In this document: positions 14,966-20,000 of the stretch, piece by piece
How positions within the stretch are numbered: position 1 is the stretch's first letter
Layout of the letters: each line of letters starts with the position of its first letter
DNA from: an uncultured virus (IMG/VR IMGVR_UViG_3300015610_002171)
Taxonomy: Duplodnaviria > Heunggongvirae > Uroviricota > Caudoviricetes
DNA: 20,000 nucleotides
IMG/VR virus record: IMGVR_UViG_3300015610_002171
Reading direction: 5' to 3' (one strand)
Translations under genes and position numbers: made by a program
The notes under the pieces: generated by a model
Databases searched by the model: none
Told to the model about the DNA's origin: nothing
What the model saw: only the letters and a program-made list of their open reading frames with translations

Positions 14966-15435
14966 ATGTATCTTCTGCGATCTCTACCAGAAACAGAGAA
15001 TTTTCTTTTTCATCCGAAGCCATCGCTGTTGAAGCTTTGATTGAAGGAGGAAAAGAATTTATCCAATTTGTTAAAGACCTTATTGATAACAACCCTGAAG
15101 AATTTAAAATAGAAGATTTGCCTGTTTTAAACAGGCAGTTAAAAGAACTGGAGATTTGTTTAGGAAAAATTCAAACTGTACAACAATTTAACGAGATAGG
15201 TAATCAATTAGAGCGTGTTCGATTAGGAAATCGGTTAATAACAATGTTTTCTGCTGAAAATAAAAAGGCTATAGAACTTGTGTCTGTATTTATTGCCCCA
15301 AATCAAAACGTTTATAATTATGGAATAATAACATCGTGCATGGTGACTTGGATATTAGAAGAGATAACGGAAAACGAACTTATTTCTCCTAAACTTAATA
15401 AACTGAAACGTGAATATATTGCAACGAAAGGTTGA
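14966..15435 (+). CDS. hypothetical protein (paralog family), apparently frameshifted near 15006-15010
   Basis: ATG 14966 (MYLLRSLPETENFLF) joins SSEAIAVEALIE... of the 15037 frame if one T is added to the T5 run. Confidence 0.55.
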
Positions 15436-15504
15436 GTTTATGTTTGTTTTAAGTTCAGATAATGTATTTTAAGTTTTAAAATTTCCTAATTTCCCTAGCG
15501 AGAC

Positions 15505-15533
15505 TTGACAGCGGGTTTTGCCGTGCGCAACCT
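15505..15533 (+). promoter_or_regulatory. possible sigma70-like promoter
   Basis: TTGACA-17 nt GC-rich-CAACCT (weak -10). Confidence 0.35.
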
Positions 15534-15546
15534 CGACCGAGGCACC

Positions 15547-16100
15547 ATGTACAGAAAATCACAGTCTGAGATTATTTTGGCAACTGAAACTAATCCTCAA
15601 AAAGATTCTTTTTGGTGTAGATGGTTTGGGCACAAAGTAAATGCTGCCTCTGAGAGTTATAGTAGTAGAATTACAGACTTGAATAATTTTTTCAAAATTA
15701 TCAATTGCTGGTATTTGACACACCAGATTGGACACAATTATTTTTGTTAACTACACATTGTTGCCGCTGCACGGAAAAAGTTTTTATATGTTCAAGAGCT
15801 GTTGGTTATTGTAGAAGGGTTCAAGTTTATAATGGCAAAAATGACGGACTTAGAATCCAAAACTGGTTTACGAGAGTAATAGAGGAACCTCCAGGATATA
15901 AACATGATTATAATGAATCTGGTGTTTTAAACCAATATTATACTCTCATTTCTTCATATGAAAAATATCAACAACTTCTTTTTGAAGGAAAACTTAAAAC
16001 AAAAACTTCTTGGTTTTCAAATTGGGAATCTATCCATTTCAAGAGTGGACAAAAAATGTTGTTTAACACAAAAACTTTTGAAGCAAAACTTTTGACCTGA
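15547..16100 (+). CDS. DUF1660-like protein split by a -1 frameshift
   Basis: CRWFGHK in frame 0 and CCRC in the -1 frame; frames overlap at 15687-15750. Confidence 0.5.
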
Positions 16101-16124
16101 GAAAAACAAAAAAGGAGAAAGCAA

Positions 16125-16766
16125 ATGAAGGAAGATGTGTACGATAACGGGACTTACGACGAAAAAACAGATTTCGCTGAAAAACATTTGTTTTCTCCAA
16201 TGAGGCAAAAGTTAAAAGAAATTGCAGGTCCTATTACTGGGAATGTTTTGGAACTTGCGGTTTCAACAGGTAAAGGGTTGAGCCTTTACGAAGGACAGGA
16301 TTGTAGAGTTATTGGAGCCGATTTTTCTGCTCCTGCCCTCAAAGAAGCGGCAAGAAAAGCCGCGGCAAAGAAAATTGAATTTAAACCAATGGAAGCAGAC
16401 GTGGAATGTTTGATTGACGTTCCAACAGAATCTGTTGACACCGTTGTTTGTCAACTTGGATTCTGTACGTTTTATAATCCTGAACGGGTTATGAACGAAG
16501 TGGATAGAGTCCTTAAACCAAAAGGAAGGATTCTGCTTCTGGAACATGTTGTTCCAGACTCGGTTATTATGAAACTTCTCTTGAAACTTATTGGAAAAAA
16601 GGCAAAACAAGAATTTGGGTGCAACGTTGACAGACAAACACTTCATATGTTTGGAAGAAGGTTTACTTGTTGTGCCGACACGTCAAAACTTGGTGGATTT
16701 TTGCACGCATCTGTTTTCTATAAGGACATGTATAAACAATCTGGAGTTGAAGGGATTGTTTGGTAA
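16125..16766 (+). CDS. class I SAM-dependent methyltransferase
   Basis: VLELAVSTG motif I variant; GADFS; ADVE; DTVV; RVLKPKGRILLLEH; AGGAG SD. Confidence 0.88.
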   Translation: MKEDVYDNGTYDEKTDFAEKHLFSPMRQKLKEIAGPITGNVLELAVSTGKGLSLYEGQDCRVIGADFSAPALKEAARKAAAKKIEFKPMEADVECLIDVPTESVDTVVCQLGFCTFYNPERVMNEVDRVLKPKGRILLLEHVVPDSVIMKLLLKLIGKKAKQEFGCNVDRQTLHMFGRRFTCCADTSKLGGFLHASVFYKDMYKQSGVEGIVW

Positions 16767-16780
16767 CGAAAAGGAATCAA

Positions 16781-17047
16781 ATGAGAGTAACATACGATCG
16801 TTTAGCCAATGCGGTTTATATTTATTTAACAACCAGCGTTAGTCCTCTTATAAAGACTTCTGCGCCAGTTGATTTGATTCCTGGCGGAACTGTTTTGGTT
16901 GATACTTCAAAGGCTCCAAAGGCGGCACCTGTTGGAATTGAAGTATTGGGAGCAAGAAGCGTGTTTTCGGAAGAGTTTCTTTCGCGTTGTGAACAACTAG
17001 AAAACGAAGGCATCGAAATCGAACAAGTGAAAGAAGAAGAGGAGTGA
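16781..17047 (+). CDS. DUF2283-like protein
   Basis: MRVTYD..ANAVYIYL...VLVD...PVGIEVLGA pattern. Confidence 0.72.
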   Translation: MRVTYDRLANAVYIYLTTSVSPLIKTSAPVDLIPGGTVLVDTSKAPKAAPVGIEVLGARSVFSEEFLSRCEQLENEGIEIEQVKEEEE

Positions 17048-17050
17048 CTC

Positions 17051-17965
17051 ATGGAAAGACAAAATCTTCCCTGGACATTCTCATCTCATTCAGAATTTCA
17101 AAAAGAACTAACCAGCGGCAGATTACTTACTGCGGAATTATCTTCAATCTATCAAGAAAATATTGTTCGTTATTCTTTTGAAACAAAGGAAAAAGATTGT
17201 CCTTCAAGTGTTTCCTTTAACACAAGTTTAAACGCTCCAGTCTACGAAGCATGGTATTATATTAGTCCAACCTCGGGTATGTTTCCGCACAGAGAAAATG
17301 GACCAGCAATAATATCGGCTAAAGGTTATACAACTTTAGAAGAAAAAGTTGAGTATTATTACTACGGAATATTGCACGGTGGGCCGTTTATAAACGGCCA
17401 TAAATGGTTTTATGGCAGAATTCATGGAGATACATATTCAAACTGGTATTATGGCTTAGAAGTTATTCCTCAAGAAAGATTTAGGATGTCAAAAGATTCA
17501 AAACTTCTTCTTTCAAAAGATTTAACACTTACTCTTTGTCAACCAGAAGAAGTTGAAGACATGCGAAATCAGTTTGATCAATATGCAACAAAGAAACTAT
17601 CAAAGACCAAGCCAAATAAAGCTCCAATTCATTCAGTTAAAGAACTTATAACATGGTTAAGGGATATTAGAGCTGATTTGAATTTTACTTCTGATGTTGC
17701 CGCCGCTGAGATGATTAAAGATGCAGCAATGAAAGTGTACCATCAAGTTACAGATGACGAACTAAAGGTGTTAAAACGATGGGGCTCTCAAGTTATGTTT
17801 TGGTATCGGGGCAATGTTAATAGAACAGATAAGAAGTTTTTGAAAAAGAAAATGGAAATTTATAACAATAACTTTGGAATATTTACTTTAAATAAATTTC
17901 CAAATGAATTAATAAATGAAATTTCAACTTGGTTAAAAGTTGAAGGTTTGGGATATGCGGTATAA
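17051..17965 (+). CDS. hypothetical protein with one HRENGPA repeat
   Basis: 304-aa ORF; GGAG SD. Confidence 0.75.
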   Translation: MERQNLPWTFSSHSEFQKELTSGRLLTAELSSIYQENIVRYSFETKEKDCPSSVSFNTSLNAPVYEAWYYISPTSGMFPHRENGPAIISAKGYTTLEEKVEYYYYGILHGGPFINGHKWFYGRIHGDTYSNWYYGLEVIPQERFRMSKDSKLLLSKDLTLTLCQPEEVEDMRNQFDQYATKKLSKTKPNKAPIHSVKELITWLRDIRADLNFTSDVAAAEMIKDAAMKVYHQVTDDELKVLKRWGSQVMFWYRGNVNRTDKKFLKKKMEIYNNNFGIFTLNKFPNELINEISTWLKVEGLGYAV

Positions 17966-17981
17966 GGAAAAAGAAAAAGAA

Positions 17982-18422
17982 ATGACAAGAAAAAGAGAAC
18001 CGCTAAATTTTGGTGATGACGTATTTTCAATTGATGTTGTTATTGGGGATTACCACGGTAAAGTACATGGAGATTATTCTATATCATCTATCGTGTCCAA
18101 TTTAACACAAGATCAAATTGTTGAAGCCTATCAAATAGGCTCTGAAAAAATAGGGTTTGATTTAATCAGAGACGCGGCAACAAAAGAAGGTGAACGATTT
18201 ATTAAAAAAGATATTGTTAAAAAATTAGTTGATTCTGGATATACTCGCTATGAAAATTTTAAACTAAATCCAAATGAAGACTTTTATTTAGATCCTCTCT
18301 CAAGAGAAGATATCTGGTTTGATATATGGTCTTATATTGTAAAACTTGGCAATCCAAGTTTTACTTTCACTTTTAGCGAACCTAATCCTTTGGAACTCGG
18401 TGGAATAGGACTGTTTGGATAA
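17982..18422 (+). CDS. phage hypothetical protein
   Basis: IGDYHGKVHG..SN..EAY motif; alternative start at 17955. Confidence 0.7.
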   Translation: MTRKREPLNFGDDVFSIDVVIGDYHGKVHGDYSISSIVSNLTQDQIVEAYQIGSEKIGFDLIRDAATKEGERFIKKDIVKKLVDSGYTRYENFKLNPNEDFYLDPLSREDIWFDIWSYIVKLGNPSFTFTFSEPNPLELGGIGLFG

Positions 18423-18738
18423 CATGGAAATGACACCCCTTCTCCTTAAAAGAATCAAACAGGTTGAACAATTTGCAAAGTCTCTTAACATAGAACCTTT
18501 AGAAGAACTCTTAGGTTCAAAAGACCTTGACGAAGACAACCGCTGTGTTCGGCTGTCTTATATGAAAAACAATCAACTTCTCCAGTTTGATGTTTTTATA
18601 AACGAAGACTACGAAACAGAGTGGTACTATAGAAATCATAACACAAAAGTTTCTGATGCTGAAGTTATAAGTGACACTGATAATGTTTCAGAAAAACTTA
18701 AGTCTTGTTTGTTTAAAATGGAGATAGAAAATGGATAA
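18415..18738 (+). CDS. hypothetical protein
   Basis: ~107-aa ORF; start could be ATG 18424. Confidence 0.7.
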   Translation: MDNMEMTPLLLKRIKQVEQFAKSLNIEPLEELLGSKDLDEDNRCVRLSYMKNNQLLQFDVFINEDYETEWYYRNHNTKVSDAEVISDTDNVSEKLKSCLFKMEIENG

Positions 18739-19786
18739 AAAACTTGAAATCTCTCTTTGTATGATAAACAGAAACGACTCAGAAAATCTTGATTATTTAT
18801 TAGATCGTGTAAAAGATTTGTTTCAGGAAATTATCATTGTTGACACAGGTTCAACAGATGATTCTGTTTCTGTTGCCCGCAAATATACGGATAAAGTATA
18901 CGAAGCAGGAAACAAATACTTAAACGAAGACGGAATGCTTTTATCTTTTTCTGATCCAAGAAATGAATCTTTTTCATATGCAACCCAACCTTGGATTATG
19001 TGGCTAGATACAGATGACGACATAGATGACTTTTCTTTGTTTCGAAAAGATTTTGAGGAATTAAAACTTTCTGGAGAAAAATCTGTGTTAAGAATGGATT
19101 ACCTTTATAGCTGGAATGAAGACCATACGGTTTGTTGTCAAGTCGGAAACAGAGAACGAATTGTAAAAAATAATATGGGCTGGAAATGGGAAACTCCAGT
19201 TCACGAATATTTGGAACATACAGACTATGACAGTTTTAAAGAAATATTTGGAAAGTCAAAAGTGATTCATAGATCAGTCGGGGCAAGAAACGCAAACGAT
19301 CGCAATTTCTTTATATTAAGAAATTGGTTTAAACAAGAAACAGACCCGAAACTGATCGATAGAATCAAGTATTACATTGCTGATGAAATGCTTCACAGCG
19401 AACCTGGCAAATATAATTTTAGAGAATATTTGGATATTTTTAAACAATTAGCAATGTCATCAAAATATAAAAATGAAGCCGCGTTTAATGCGTGTGCTGT
19501 TCTTTATAATGAAAGACTTGGGCATGAGTTAATTTCATTCTTAGAAAATTTTCTAGAGAATAATAAAGACCTTGACTGTTCTCAGTACAGAGAATTTCTT
19601 GCGGTAGTATATTTCTATCAAAATAATGATATTAAATCATCTATTGAAAACATAATGTTAAGCATGACTCTCCCTTTGCATAAAACTTTTAAATTTTCTT
19701 TGTTTCAAAACTCTTCGGATAAAGAAAATTGGATTAAAGAAATTAAAGGCATGAAAAATGAAACAAAAAATAAAAAAACTTCTTAA
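18731..19786 (+). CDS. glycosyltransferase family 2 with helical C-terminal region
   Basis: ISLCMI.RN, IIIVDTGSTDDS, FS..RN, WIMWLDTDD (DxD), W..PVHE. Confidence 0.9.
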   Translation: MDKKLEISLCMINRNDSENLDYLLDRVKDLFQEIIIVDTGSTDDSVSVARKYTDKVYEAGNKYLNEDGMLLSFSDPRNESFSYATQPWIMWLDTDDDIDDFSLFRKDFEELKLSGEKSVLRMDYLYSWNEDHTVCCQVGNRERIVKNNMGWKWETPVHEYLEHTDYDSFKEIFGKSKVIHRSVGARNANDRNFFILRNWFKQETDPKLIDRIKYYIADEMLHSEPGKYNFREYLDIFKQLAMSSKYKNEAAFNACAVLYNERLGHELISFLENFLENNKDLDCSQYREFLAVVYFYQNNDIKSSIENIMLSMTLPLHKTFKFSLFQNSSDKENWIKEIKGMKNETKNKKTS

Positions 19787-19880
19787 ATTTATTGTTGCAA
19801 TTCCATTAGCAATAGTCTATGTTATCGGTTATTTCGGATTATTCTTTTTTGGACTACTGAGAGGATTTGTGAGGGTCTAA
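19758..19880 (+). CDS. small membrane peptide (40 aa)
   Basis: MKQKIKKLLKFIVAIPLAIVYVIGYFGLFFFGLLRGFVRV. Confidence 0.55.
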   Translation: MKQKIKKLLKFIVAIPLAIVYVIGYFGLFFFGLLRGFVRV

Positions 19881-20000
19881 ACAAAACCCAATCTTAAAAT
19901 AAAGTACAAAAACTTCTTGAAAATTAATAAATATCTTTGTGATTGGTGAATCGTCTAAATATAAAGAAAGGGCTGGAAACTGACTGGTATAATAAAATCT

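Noticed and set aside
3345..19023. Remaining short minus-strand and nested ORFs in the track
   Set aside because: They are shadows of longer + strand genes in a uniformly co-oriented region

Overview
AT-rich, almost entirely + strand segment that looks like a large (jumbo/huge) phage genome. It has dispersed tRNA clusters (~0.2-2.6, 4.6-5.1, 6.7-6.85 and 11.9-12.1 kb) interleaved with many short hypothetical genes. Recognisable proteins are a solo TnpB, an R2K/DUF4343-like ATP-grasp protein, a class I SAM methyltransferase, a DUF2283-like protein and a GT2 glycosyltransferase. The non-coding content is the most striking part. (i) At least seven tRNA-like RNAs keep the acceptor stem and T-arm but have the anticodon arm deleted, shortened or replaced by large inserts. 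(ii) A ~70-nt structured RNA occurs three times with covarying stems and invariant CCAT / TACTTCTAAA / GCTTT loops (Y-RNA-like candidate). (iii) An amber (CUA) suppressor tRNA co-occurs with a gene that has TAG as codon 3. (iv) The tnpB sits between the 5' and 3' remnants of a tRNA-Ser-like gene. (v) There is a ~170-nt rod-shaped ncRNA candidate. All RNA folds were done by eye and all protein calls are from motif recognition. Three apparent 1-nt frameshifts suggest that some oddities could be assembly errors.
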